Shown: positions 53,868 to 62,268 of the stretch, piece after piece
Layout: each line of letters opens with the position of its first letter
Numbering within the stretch: position 1 is the stretch's first letter
Notes under the pieces: generated by a model
Databases searched by the model: none
Told to the model about the DNA's origin: nothing
What the model saw: only the letters and a program-made list of their open reading frames with translations
Program-made: the position numbers and the translations under genes
DNA from: an uncultured delta proteobacterium
GTDB taxonomy: Bacteria; Desulfobacterota; Binatia; HRBIN30; BPIQ01
Assembly (NCBI GenBank): GCA_963761335.1
Contig: CAVXGR010000012.1
Span: forward strand, 640,001 to 704,000
Direction of reading: 5' to 3'
Length of the DNA: 64,000 nucleotides

Positions 53868-54112
53868 CCCTCTCCCGCATTGTTTCGCGGGAGAGGGACA
53901 GGGTGAGGGTTCCGATCTTCTTGAACGCCGCAGAAATCGTGAACTTTCAGTGAGGAAGAAACCCCTCACCTTGATCCTCTCCCCGCCAAAAGAATGCGGG
54001 GAGAGGAGACCCTGGCGCGAGGCGGGCGGGAGATAATTGCAGAGTCGGACCGGCAAACGCGCGAGGCGGGCGGGAGATAATTGCAGAGTCGGACCGGCAA
54101 ACCAGGACAGTG
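53868..54112. repeat. Family B doublet with duplicated tail
   Basis: As 29446-29645; GCGAGGCGGGCGGGAGATAATTGCAGAGTCGGACCGGCAAAC occurs twice in tandem. Confidence 0.85.
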
Positions 54113-54178
54113 CCAGAATCGTGGCGGCGCTGTCCTGGCGCGGCTCTCCGCGATAGAAGACCGGCGGGAGGACGGCGA

Positions 54179-55027
54179 ATGCGCATCGGATTCATCGGAT
54201 TGGGAAACATCGGCAGACCGATGGCGGAGCGCCTGGTGAAGGCGGGGATGGAGACCGTCGTCTTCGACGTCCGCGCGGAGGCGTGCCGCCCACTCGTCGC
54301 TCTCGGGGCGCGCGCCGCGGAGTCGATCGCGGCGCTGGCCGCTGCCGCCGACCTCATCGGCGTCTGCGTGCGCGACGACGCCGAGGTGCGGCAGGTGGCC
54401 GGCGCACTGCTGGAGAGCGCCGCCCGCGGCGTCCTGATCGCCATCCACAGCACCATCCTGCCGCGCACCGTGATCGAGGTCGCCACGGCGGCGCGCCGGC
54501 GCGGCATCGACGTCGTCGACGCACCGATGACCGGCGGGGCCGCCGGCGCCGAGAAGGGCACGCTCACCTACATGGTGGGCGGCGACGCCGCCCTCGTGGA
54601 TCGCTGCCGCCCGCTTCTCGCCGCCTCGGCGGCGAAGATCGTGCACACCGGCGCCCTCGGCAGCGGCGCGGCGACCAAGCTGTGCAACAACCTGATCGGC
54701 TACATGGCCTTTCTCTCCGCCTACGAGACGGCGCTGCTGGCGCGCCATGCGGAGCTCTCCTTCGAGGCACTCCTCGAGGTGACCCGCTCGAACGGCTACA
54801 TGACCGAGATGATGGCCACCTTTCTCGGCTTCCGCCGCCTGATCGAGGAGAAGCCGGAGGACGCGGCGCTCCAGGACGCGGCGCGCCGCTTCACGGATCT
54901 CGCCGAGAAGGACCTCGCCGTCACCCTCGCCTTCGCGCGCGAGAGCGGCGTCACCCTGCCCGGCGCCGGCCTCTGCCAGCAGCTCATGGCGCGCGTCTAC
55001 GGCCTCCGCGACGACAGGCGCCGCTGA
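54179..55027 (+). CDS. 3-hydroxyisobutyrate dehydrogenase-family NAD(P)-dependent oxidoreductase
   Basis: IGFIGLGNIG, DAPMTGG, TKLCNN, KDL. Confidence 0.9.
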   Translation: MRIGFIGLGNIGRPMAERLVKAGMETVVFDVRAEACRPLVALGARAAESIAALAAAADLIGVCVRDDAEVRQVAGALLESAARGVLIAIHSTILPRTVIEVATAARRRGIDVVDAPMTGGAAGAEKGTLTYMVGGDAALVDRCRPLLAASAAKIVHTGALGSGAATKLCNNLIGYMAFLSAYETALLARHAELSFEALLEVTRSNGYMTEMMATFLGFRRLIEEKPEDAALQDAARRFTDLAEKDLAVTLAFARESGVTLPGAGLCQQLMARVYGLRDDRRR

Positions 55028-55076
55028 CTGGGCGCGCCGCCATCCCGACCGCCCATCAATGAAAGGAGAAGGAACC

Positions 55077-55442
55077 ATGGCGAAATCACCGCAGCGACAG
55101 AAGGGCATCGAGAAGTTCGAGGAGGTCATGGGATTCTCCCCTCCGGAAATCGAGGACGCCTTTCTCGACATGACCCTCGACCACCTGTTCCCAAACGTCT
55201 GGGGACGCGGCCAGCTGTCGCGGCGAGAACGCCGCCTGATCACCCTCACCGCGATCGCCTGTCTCGGCCACGAGCCGACCCTGACGCTGCACCTGAACGC
55301 CGCGATGACGTCCGGGGACCTGAGCGACAAGGACATCGACGAGCTCATGCTTCACCTCGCCCACTATGCCGGCTGGCCGGTGGCCGCCGTCGCCAGTGGA
55401 GTCGCCCGCCGCCTGCGCGCCGCCGCGGCACCGGGCACATGA
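55077..55442 (+). CDS. Carboxymuconolactone decarboxylase family protein
   Basis: VWGR.QLSRRERRLITL, LHL.AA, LAHYAGWP. Confidence 0.87.
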   Translation: MAKSPQRQKGIEKFEEVMGFSPPEIEDAFLDMTLDHLFPNVWGRGQLSRRERRLITLTAIACLGHEPTLTLHLNAAMTSGDLSDKDIDELMLHLAHYAGWPVAAVASGVARRLRAAAAPGT

Positions 55443-55545
55443 GTCGTGAGAGGCGGGGTGTTGGTTGTTAGGTTGTTAGGTTGTTAGGTTGTTATGGTTG
55501 TTGGTTGTTAGTTGTTGGTTGTTGGTTGTTGGTTGTTGCGGTTGT

Positions 55546-55830
55546 CGCCCCGTAGGGGCGCAGGCGTGTAGCCCCGGGTGAAACCCGGGGGAACGGCGGA
55601 CCCAGATCCGCGCCCCGTAGGGGCGCAGGCATGTAGCCCCGGGTGAAACCCGGGGGAACGGCGGACCCAGATCCGCGCCCCGTAGGGGCGCAGGCGCGTA
55701 GCCCCGGGTGAAACCCGGGGGAACGGCGGACCCAGATCCGCGCCCCGTAGGGGCGCAGGCGTGTAGCCCCGGGTGAAGCCCGGGGGAACGGCGGACCCAG
55801 ATCCGCGCCCCGTAGGGGCGCAGGCATGTA
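55546..55830. repeat. Tandem array of 65-bp family A REP-like units (four plus a partial)
   Basis: CGCCCCGTAGGGGCG starts at 55546, 55611, 55676, 55741 and 55806. Confidence 0.9.
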
Positions 55831-55899
55831 CCAACGGCTCTGCCTGCGCCCCTGACGGGGCGCTCTATCATCACCCGCGTCTTTCCACCCCGGGTGAAA

Positions 55900-56850
55900 C
55901 CCGGGCGCCGCCGCGGAGGGAAGGCGCGGAAGATCCGCGCCCCGTGGAGGCGCCGGAGACGGCGGCAGATACACGTCCGCGGCGGCGTTGCGCTCAGCCA
56001 GCCGGGGATGTCCAGCGCCGGAAAGGCGCCGACGCCGTAGATCCGCGTACTCCTCCTGGGGCGTACAGGTATTGTGAAAGCCGAAGTCGGTGAACAGCGG
56101 CCCGGCGTGGAAGGCGACCCAGATCCCGCGCCCCGTAGGGGCGCAGGCGTGTAGCCCCGGGTGAAGACCCGGGGGAACGGCGGACCCAGATCCGCGCCCC
56201 GTAGGGGACGCCAGGCGTGTAGCGACAAGCTGCCGGGGGAATCGCCGAGGAACGGCGGCGCCTCCAGCTCGTCGAGCTGCGCCGCAGGCGACGGCTGTAC
56301 GCCAGCGGCGACTCGCCCAGCGACGGCGAGCGGGGCAGCTCGTTCTTGCGCAGGAAGGCGTCGTACGGAGAGCCCACCAGCTCACCAACGGCATCGCGCG
56401 CCCTGACGGGGCGCTCATCATCACCCGCGTCTTTCCACCCCGGGTGAAGCCCGGGGGAACGGCGGACCCAGATCCGCGCCCCGTAGGGGCGCAGGCATGT
56501 ACCAACGGCTCTGCCTGCGCCCCTGACGGGGCGCTCTATCATCACCCGCGTCTTTCCACCCCGGGTGAAGCCCGGGATCGAGGAACGGCGGAACGGCCCA
56601 GATCCGCGCCCCGGAGGGACGGCGACATCGGTGACTGGATCGCCGCGGTCCCGGGGGATTGACGTCGTCACCGGTCCGCGGCCGCATAGCTGTGCGCAAG
56701 CACGTCTCCAGAAAGAGGCGCTCGCCGATGGCCCCTCGGCGGATCGGCCTCCTCCTCACCGGCGTCGAGGAACGGTCCTGCCGCACCCCCCACAGCAGGA
56801 GAAGCAGCAGCGGCAGAAGCTCGGGATGCAATCGAGCCCAATCCAAGCGA
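55900..56850 (-). pseudogene. Fragments of a di-heme cytochrome c peroxidase/MauG-like gene interleaved with family A repeats
   Basis: AIGERLFLET (~56704-56732), GSPYDAFL, HAGPLFTDFGFHNT (~56068-56109); no intact CxxCH. Confidence 0.55.
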
Positions 56851-56857
56851 ACGGCCC

Positions 56858-58381
56858 TCAGAACCCGAAGGTGGTGCCGAACATGAAGGTGTTGACGCTC
56901 GACTCGCGCGGTCGCGCCGGCAGGTAGTTGGTGACCCCGGCCAGGCTCTGGCCGCTGTCGGTCTGCGTGTACTCGTAGGCGAGCTGGAAGGCGACCAGCG
57001 GCACCGGGCGATAGGCGAAGCCGAGGCTGAAGCGATCGACGCGCCGATTGGCGGTGTCGAAGGCGCTGAGCCTGCCGCCGCTGAAATCGACCTCGCGGAC
57101 CAGGTCGTCGAGCCACACCTGCTCGGCGCGCAGGGCGAGGATCATCTGCGGGTTGGCGAAGGGCTGTCCGAAGACGGTGTGGTTGAGCCAACGCGGCCAG
57201 AAATGGTAGCGCCCCTCGAGCCAGTACCCGTGCTTGTTGCGCGCCAGGTTGCTGAGCTCGAACTCCGCCTCGGTGGTCACCCCGGGATCGCTGCTCTCGC
57301 GGCTCTGATCGGTGGCCACGGCGGCGAGCGAGGAGGCGACGCTGGGGGTTCCCTCGAAACGCGTGAAGACCCATTCGCCTTCGAGCTCGAACGGTCCGTA
57401 GCCGGTGCGCCCGTCGGCGGCCACCGACCACAGGTCGCGGTGCGCGAGGAAATCCGGCGTGTACTGGCCCCAGTACCAGGAGGCGGCGATCTCGTGCCCG
57501 AGCCCCGGGCTCAGCGCCAGCCGCCCCGCCACCGCCTTCGAATCCTTGACGTCGGTGGCAAAGCCGCCGGTCGAGGGGGCGACCTCGACCTCGGAGACCA
57601 GGTTGGGAGGGGCGCCGTCCTGGCGCTCGATCTTCTGCTCGAACTGGCTGTCGAGCGAGACGCCGTTCATGGCGTAGACCTGATAGCTGAGCAGCGACTC
57701 GTCGCTGAGGGCGAAGTCGCCGTTGAAGCCGACGCCGAGCTCGTCCCAGGCCGCCGTCGACGGCAGCACCGGCACGCCGCGGTCGACCAGGGAACGGCGC
57801 GGCAGTGTCCAGAGGTTGTCGTCGTGGCTGATGTTGAAGCGGCCGAGGGGCACCAGGACGGCGCCGGCGCGGAAGCGCAGCCAGTTGGCCAGGTCGTACT
57901 GGAGCCAGGCCTGCTCGAGTGAGATCTCCGAGTTGTTGGTGGCCTCGATGCCCTGCCCCGCGACTCCTGGGCCGAACGACTTCTCCACCTCGAGCTTGCG
58001 GAAGCGCTCGAACTCCAGCTCGACGTTGGCGCGCAGCCGCGGCGCGATGTTGGCGTCGGTGGTGAGCACGAAGCGCCGCAGGACGAAGCTGGTCTTCTGG
58101 TCGGCGAGGTCGGAGGCCTCGAAGCGAAACGACCCGTAGCCGCCGACCTTGACGCGATCGAGCACCTGCTCGTAGACGGGCGCCGCCGCAGGCGCCGCCG
58201 CCGCGGCCTTCTCCTTTGCCTCCCTCTCCTCTCGCAGCTGCTGCTTCAGCTCCTGCAGCTCGCGCTCCATGCGCTCGACGCGCGCCGGCAGATCCTCGCC
58301 GCGGGCCGGCGCCGCCAGCAGCCCCAGCCCCAGGAGCCCCAGGGCGCCGCACAGCAGCGCCCGCAGTGATGCTCGTCTCAT
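56858..58381 (-). CDS. Outer-membrane porin-like beta-barrel protein
   Basis: Signal peptide, short coiled coil, VGGYG, LEQAWLQY, FRAG..LVP.G..N, C-terminal Phe. Confidence 0.8.
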   Translation of the reverse strand: MRRASLRALLCGALGLLGLGLLAAPARGEDLPARVERMERELQELKQQLREEREAKEKAAAAAPAAAPVYEQVLDRVKVGGYGSFRFEASDLADQKTSFVLRRFVLTTDANIAPRLRANVELEFERFRKLEVEKSFGPGVAGQGIEATNNSEISLEQAWLQYDLANWLRFRAGAVLVPLGRFNISHDDNLWTLPRRSLVDRGVPVLPSTAAWDELGVGFNGDFALSDESLLSYQVYAMNGVSLDSQFEQKIERQDGAPPNLVSEVEVAPSTGGFATDVKDSKAVAGRLALSPGLGHEIAASWYWGQYTPDFLAHRDLWSVAADGRTGYGPFELEGEWVFTRFEGTPSVASSLAAVATDQSRESSDPGVTTEAEFELSNLARNKHGYWLEGRYHFWPRWLNHTVFGQPFANPQMILALRAEQVWLDDLVREVDFSGGRLSAFDTANRRVDRFSLGFAYRPVPLVAFQLAYEYTQTDSGQSLAGVTNYLPARPRESSVNTFMFGTTFGF

Positions 58382-58405
58382 TTGTCTCTCTCCTTTCCCA
58401 AAACG

Positions 58406-58443
58406 AAAAAGCCCGGTGGGAGCGGACTGGCTCCGACCGGGCT
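58406..58443 (-). terminator. Terminator-like hairpin in the porin leader
   Basis: Minus strand AGCCCGGTCGGAGC-CAGTCC-GCTCCCACCGGGCT followed by TTTT, just upstream of the GGAG RBS. Confidence 0.65.
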
Positions 58444-58546
58444 CTGGACGTCACTGATGCGCGCCGCTGCACAACCGAGCGGCACCGCGTCTCGGGCCTC
58501 GCCCCGCCGCCGGTGTGGCGGCGGGGCGCGCATCTCTCGCGTCAGA

Positions 58547-58750
58547 TCACTGGCGACAGCGCTCCCCTCCGGCAGAGGACGGCACCTCGACCCACCGCCG
58601 CCGCGATCCATCGAGAGGTACGGTGACCACCCGCTTGCAGCGGCGGCACTTCAGCTCGACGCCGCCGGAGGTCAAACGCGCCATCAGGCTGCCGCAATGG
58701 CAGCGCAGCTCGCCCCTGCCGCTACTCGGGTGGGAACTCGTCGATCTCAT
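58547..58750 (-). CDS. Small Mu Com-like zinc-ribbon protein
   Basis: ELRCHCGSLMAR...VELKCRRCKR; start overlaps the upstream gene. Confidence 0.65.
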   Translation of the reverse strand: MRSTSSHPSSGRGELRCHCGSLMARLTSGGVELKCRRCKRVVTVPLDGSRRRWVEVPSSAGGERCRQ

Positions 58751-59237
58751 AGCGGAACCACATCTCGCGCAAGGGGTAATAGATGAAGCCGGCGAAGCCG
58801 ATCCATTCGCAGCCCCAGCTGGCGAGCTGCAGGTAGGAGAAGCCGGCGGCGAGGTAGCGAATGAGCCACGGGCCGACGAGGTCGCCCACGAGGCCGGCGA
58901 AGGCGAGCGCGATCAGCACCAGCTTGGTGCGCGGGCCGACGCCGGTGGCGATGAACAGATGCGCCAGCACCAGATAGACGATGCTCATGATGAACGAATG
59001 GAAGTGGGTGACCTCGACCAGCTCGCGAAAGGTCTTGGGGAAGCTCATCTCGCCGCCGTGCTCGCCACCGCGGTAGTAGCTGGCCACCCGCTGCGGGGTC
59101 GGCCCGATCTGCCCGGCCTCGAAGGCGGCCATGGTGCCCAGGCCGACAGTGACCAGGAAGAGAAAGGCGGTGTACACGAGGCGCACCTCGAGACGGGCAT
59201 GCCGGAGGAGATAGCCGGAGACGCCGAAGCTTCTCAT
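58722..59237 (-). CDS. Four-TM membrane protein with His residues, possible heme/metal-binding electron-transfer subunit
   Basis: ATGA-coupled to apbE; SYYRG, LVEVTHFHSF, VLAHL. Confidence 0.75.
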   Translation of the reverse strand: MRSFGVSGYLLRHARLEVRLVYTAFLFLVTVGLGTMAAFEAGQIGPTPQRVASYYRGGEHGGEMSFPKTFRELVEVTHFHSFIMSIVYLVLAHLFIATGVGPRTKLVLIALAFAGLVGDLVGPWLIRYLAAGFSYLQLASWGCEWIGFAGFIYYPLREMWFRYEIDEFPPE

Positions 59238-60316
59238 CGGATCGGCTCCGCCGCCGCGGGGATGGCACGGGCCTGCGGATAGCGGCGAAGGTGCATGGCG
59301 GCGGCATTCCACGCCGACACTCTGCCGTCCTCGACGTAGAGCCCGGCGGCCGTCGCCCGCCGTTCGCGCCGGCAGGCGGCCGCGGCGGCGCCTCCGGGCG
59401 CGCCGCACCAGATGAGCACGGCCTTGGAATGCGCCTCGGCCGCGGTGGCGTCGTCGGTCACCACCAGGGCGAGGGCATTGGCGCGCAGCGGCCGGCCGCT
59501 GCGCGGATCGACGATGTGGCCGACGCGGTGCCCGGCGAGCTCGCGACTGTGGCCGTACACCGCCGACACCGAGAGGGCCTGATCGCGCAGGCGCAGGCTG
59601 CCGATCGTCTGCCCCGGATCGGTGCCGCGCACCACCAGCGGCCAGCCGTCGCCGCCCTCGGGAGCGCCGAGCGCATACTGGCTGCTCTCTCCCAGGTCCA
59701 GCAGGGCGCGGCGCACGCCGGCGGCGCGCAGCAGGGCAACGCAGTGATCGACGGCGTATCCCTTGGCGACACCGTCGAAGTCGAGCTGCACGCCGGGCGC
59801 CAAGCGCCGCAGGCGGCGGCCGTCGAGGCGCAGCCGCGGCGCCGCGCCGGCGGCGCGGCGGCGAACGGCATCGGGCGCCGGCCAGCTCTCGCTGTCGCGC
59901 CAGAGGGCGGTCTCCGCGCCGATGGTCGTATCGAAGGCGCCGCCGGTCACCTGTCGCAGGGCGAGCGAGCGGCGCAGCAGCTCCGCCATGTCGGGGCTCA
60001 GCGATTGCAACTCGTCGCTGGCGCCGGCATTGAGGCGGCTCAGCTCGCTGTCCGGGCGGTAGCGAGAGAACACCGCCTCCAGCCGACGCGTTTCGGCGAA
60101 ACACTGGCGCATGGCGGCGCGCGCCGTTTTCTCGGACATGCCATCGACGCGAATCGAGAAGTAGGTGCCCATGGTGTAGTGGATCTCGGTGACCACCGCG
60201 GCGGGCGCCGCGCCGGCAAAAACGGCGACGGCGAGCAGCGCCAGCGCCAGCGAGTGCGGCGCGCCCGGCCGACCCCCCTTCCCCGCCGCGTCTCTCGTCT
60301 CTGCGAGGCGATTCAT
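59234..60316 (-). CDS. apbE: FAD:protein FMN transferase ApbE
   Basis: MGT, SELSRLN, TGGAFD.TIG, LDFDGVAKGYAVD, GHIVDPRSG. Confidence 0.9.
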   Translation of the reverse strand: MNRLAETRDAAGKGGRPGAPHSLALALLAVAVFAGAAPAAVVTEIHYTMGTYFSIRVDGMSEKTARAAMRQCFAETRRLEAVFSRYRPDSELSRLNAGASDELQSLSPDMAELLRRSLALRQVTGGAFDTTIGAETALWRDSESWPAPDAVRRRAAGAAPRLRLDGRRLRRLAPGVQLDFDGVAKGYAVDHCVALLRAAGVRRALLDLGESSQYALGAPEGGDGWPLVVRGTDPGQTIGSLRLRDQALSVSAVYGHSRELAGHRVGHIVDPRSGRPLRANALALVVTDDATAAEAHSKAVLIWCGAPGGAAAAACRRERRATAAGLYVEDGRVSAWNAAAMHLRRYPQARAIPAAAEPIR

Positions 60317-60918
60317 TGGTCGTGCGCTGCTGCGGCCGTGTCGGTGGCCGGCGGCGCCGGCGCCGCGGTCACCCGGGCCAGGGCCAGCGCCTTCTTCACG
60401 GCACGGCTCGCGGCCTCGACCGAGAGCGTCGCGCCGGCGATGTTGGTGATCGCCTGGTAGGGCTGCAGCGAGTCGCCGGCCTGCTTGCCGCGGTACTGCA
60501 CCAGAAAGCGCCGGTTGCGCACCTCGCCGCCGTAGGCCTCTCGATAGGCGACCACGGCCACGTCCTGCACCCGGCCGTCGGTGCGCACGCCGACGGCGAA
60601 GGTGATCGGCCGGTGCTTGCCGATCTCCTCGACCAGGAAGGCGCGGCCGAGATTCTCGGCGCCGCGCCAGGCATCGAAGACGACGTAGCGGGGCTCCCAC
60701 ACCGACGGCGTCGCCCCGTCGAGGGCGGCGCGCAGCCGCGCCTGCAGCTCGGCGCCGGAGGCGATCTCGTGCCGTTCGAAGCGGTCGGCGTCGGGGAAGA
60801 CGGCGCGCGGCACCTCCTCACCGCTGAGGAAAATCCCCTCCTGGGCCCAGACCGGCGGCGCCGCACCCGCCGCCGCGGCCGCCGCGATCACCAACACAAG
60901 TACCGCAATTCCCCGCAT
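60313..60918 (-). CDS. Secreted FMN-binding (flavinylation target) protein
   Basis: Signal peptide; GKHRPITF, YREAYGGEV, NIAGATLS flavinylation-like motif. Confidence 0.85.
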   Translation of the reverse strand: MRGIAVLVLVIAAAAAAGAAPPVWAQEGIFLSGEEVPRAVFPDADRFERHEIASGAELQARLRAALDGATPSVWEPRYVVFDAWRGAENLGRAFLVEEIGKHRPITFAVGVRTDGRVQDVAVVAYREAYGGEVRNRRFLVQYRGKQAGDSLQPYQAITNIAGATLSVEAASRAVKKALALARVTAAPAPPATDTAAAAHDQ

Positions 60919-60935
60919 CTCGCCTCGAAAGGATT

Positions 60936-60952
60936 TTGAAAGTCATTTTCAA
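60936..60952 (-). promoter_or_regulatory. Fur-box-like operator
   Basis: AT-rich palindrome TTGAAA-GTCAT-TTTCAA 18 bp upstream of the ATG; TTGACA on the minus strand at 60973-60978. Confidence 0.7.
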
Positions 60953-61019
60953 TTAGTACGGAGGCTCGGAGCTGTCAACCGCCAGCCGGTCATCCCCGGG
61001 CCTTCCCGTCAAAGCCAAA

Positions 61020-61069
61020 GTAGAAGCGCCGTCCCGGCGCTTTCCGAAGCGGCGAGACGCCGCTTCTAC
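61020..61069. repeat. Family D doublet
   Basis: GTAGAAGCGCCGTCCCGGCGCTTTCCGAAGCGGCGAGACGCCGCTTCTAC. Confidence 0.85.
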
Positions 61070-61215
61070 TCGGCCCGCGAGCCGGCGGCAATCGCCTTGG
61101 ACGTTCCGCGAGATGGGCAAGCACACCAGGGAGGTCGGATCGGCAAGTCAGGACAGTACCCGCCGCCCCGCCCGCCTTGCGCCGGCGCCCCCGGCTCGGG
61201 CAGACTCGGAAATCG

Positions 61216-62268
61216 ATGTCCGACGAGCGGAGCCACCTCGGACGCCGGCGCCTGATCGCGGTCGCCGCAGTGATCCTCATCGCGGCCGCCGCCGGGACGG
61301 TGCTGTGGCTGAATCGCCAAGACAGCGACAAGGATACCCTCACCTTCTATGGCAACGTCGACATCCGCGAGGTGCAGCTCGCCTTCAACGACTCCGACAG
61401 GGTCGCCCGGGTGATGGTCCGCGAGGGCGACGCCGTCGAGCTCGGGCAGGTGCTGGCGGCGCTCGACGACCGCCGCTTCGCCGCCGCCGCGGCGCAGGCG
61501 CGCCACCAGGTCGGCGCGCAGCAGCAGGTCCTCTCGCGCCTGCTCGCCGGCTCGCGGCCGGAGGAGATCGCCCAGGCGAAAGCGACCATGGAGGCGCTGC
61601 AGGCCTCTCTGCGCAACGCCGAGATCGCCTACCAGCGCACCGAGAAGCTGCGGCGGCGGCAGGTGGTTTCCCGCCAGGAGCTCGACGACGCCCAGGCCAA
61701 GCTCGACGCGTCGCGCGGCAACTACCAGGCGGCGCGCCAGGCGTGGATTCTCGCCGTGAAGGGCCCGCGCGAGGAAGACATCTCCGGCGCCCGCGACCTT
61801 CTCGAGGCCAGGAAGGCCGCACTGACCCTCGCCGGACGCCAGCTGGCCGACACCGTGCTCCACGCCCCTTCTGCCGGCGTCATCGAGGAGCGCATCCTCG
61901 AGCCGGGCGACATGGCGTCGCCGGGGGTGCCGGTGCTCACCATGGCGCTCACCGACCCGATCTGGGTGCGCGCCTACGTCCCGGAGACCCAGCTCGGCCG
62001 CATCCGCATGGGCATGCGCGCCGAAATCCGCACCGACAGCTTTCCCGGCAAGGTCTATCGCGGCTGGATCGGCTTCATCTCGCCGACCGCCGAGTTCACC
62101 CCGAAGACGGTCGAGACCACCGACCTGCGCACCCGCCTGGTGTATCGCGTGCGCGTCTACGCCTGTAACCCGCAGGGAGAGCTGCGCCTGGGCATGCCGG
62201 CAACCGTGACGGTCCGTCTCGATCAGCCCACAACGCCGGCGGCCCCCTGCGAAGAATCCCGCCCGTGA
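61216..62268 (+). CDS. HlyD family membrane fusion protein (YbhG-like)
   Basis: YGNVDIREV, GSRPEEI, ISPTAEFTPKTVET..LR..LVYR. Confidence 0.92.
   Translation: MSDERSHLGRRRLIAVAAVILIAAAAGTVLWLNRQDSDKDTLTFYGNVDIREVQLAFNDSDRVARVMVREGDAVELGQVLAALDDRRFAAAAAQARHQVGAQQQVLSRLLAGSRPEEIAQAKATMEALQASLRNAEIAYQRTEKLRRRQVVSRQELDDAQAKLDASRGNYQAARQAWILAVKGPREEDISGARDLLEARKAALTLAGRQLADTVLHAPSAGVIEERILEPGDMASPGVPVLTMALTDPIWVRAYVPETQLGRIRMGMRAEIRTDSFPGKVYRGWIGFISPTAEFTPKTVETTDLRTRLVYRVRVYACNPQGELRLGMPATVTVRLDQPTTPAAPCEESRP

Noticed and set aside
55546..55830. CRISPR array
   Set aside because: The 65-bp units are near-identical along their whole length with no unique spacers, and there are no cas genes; this is a REP-like tandem array
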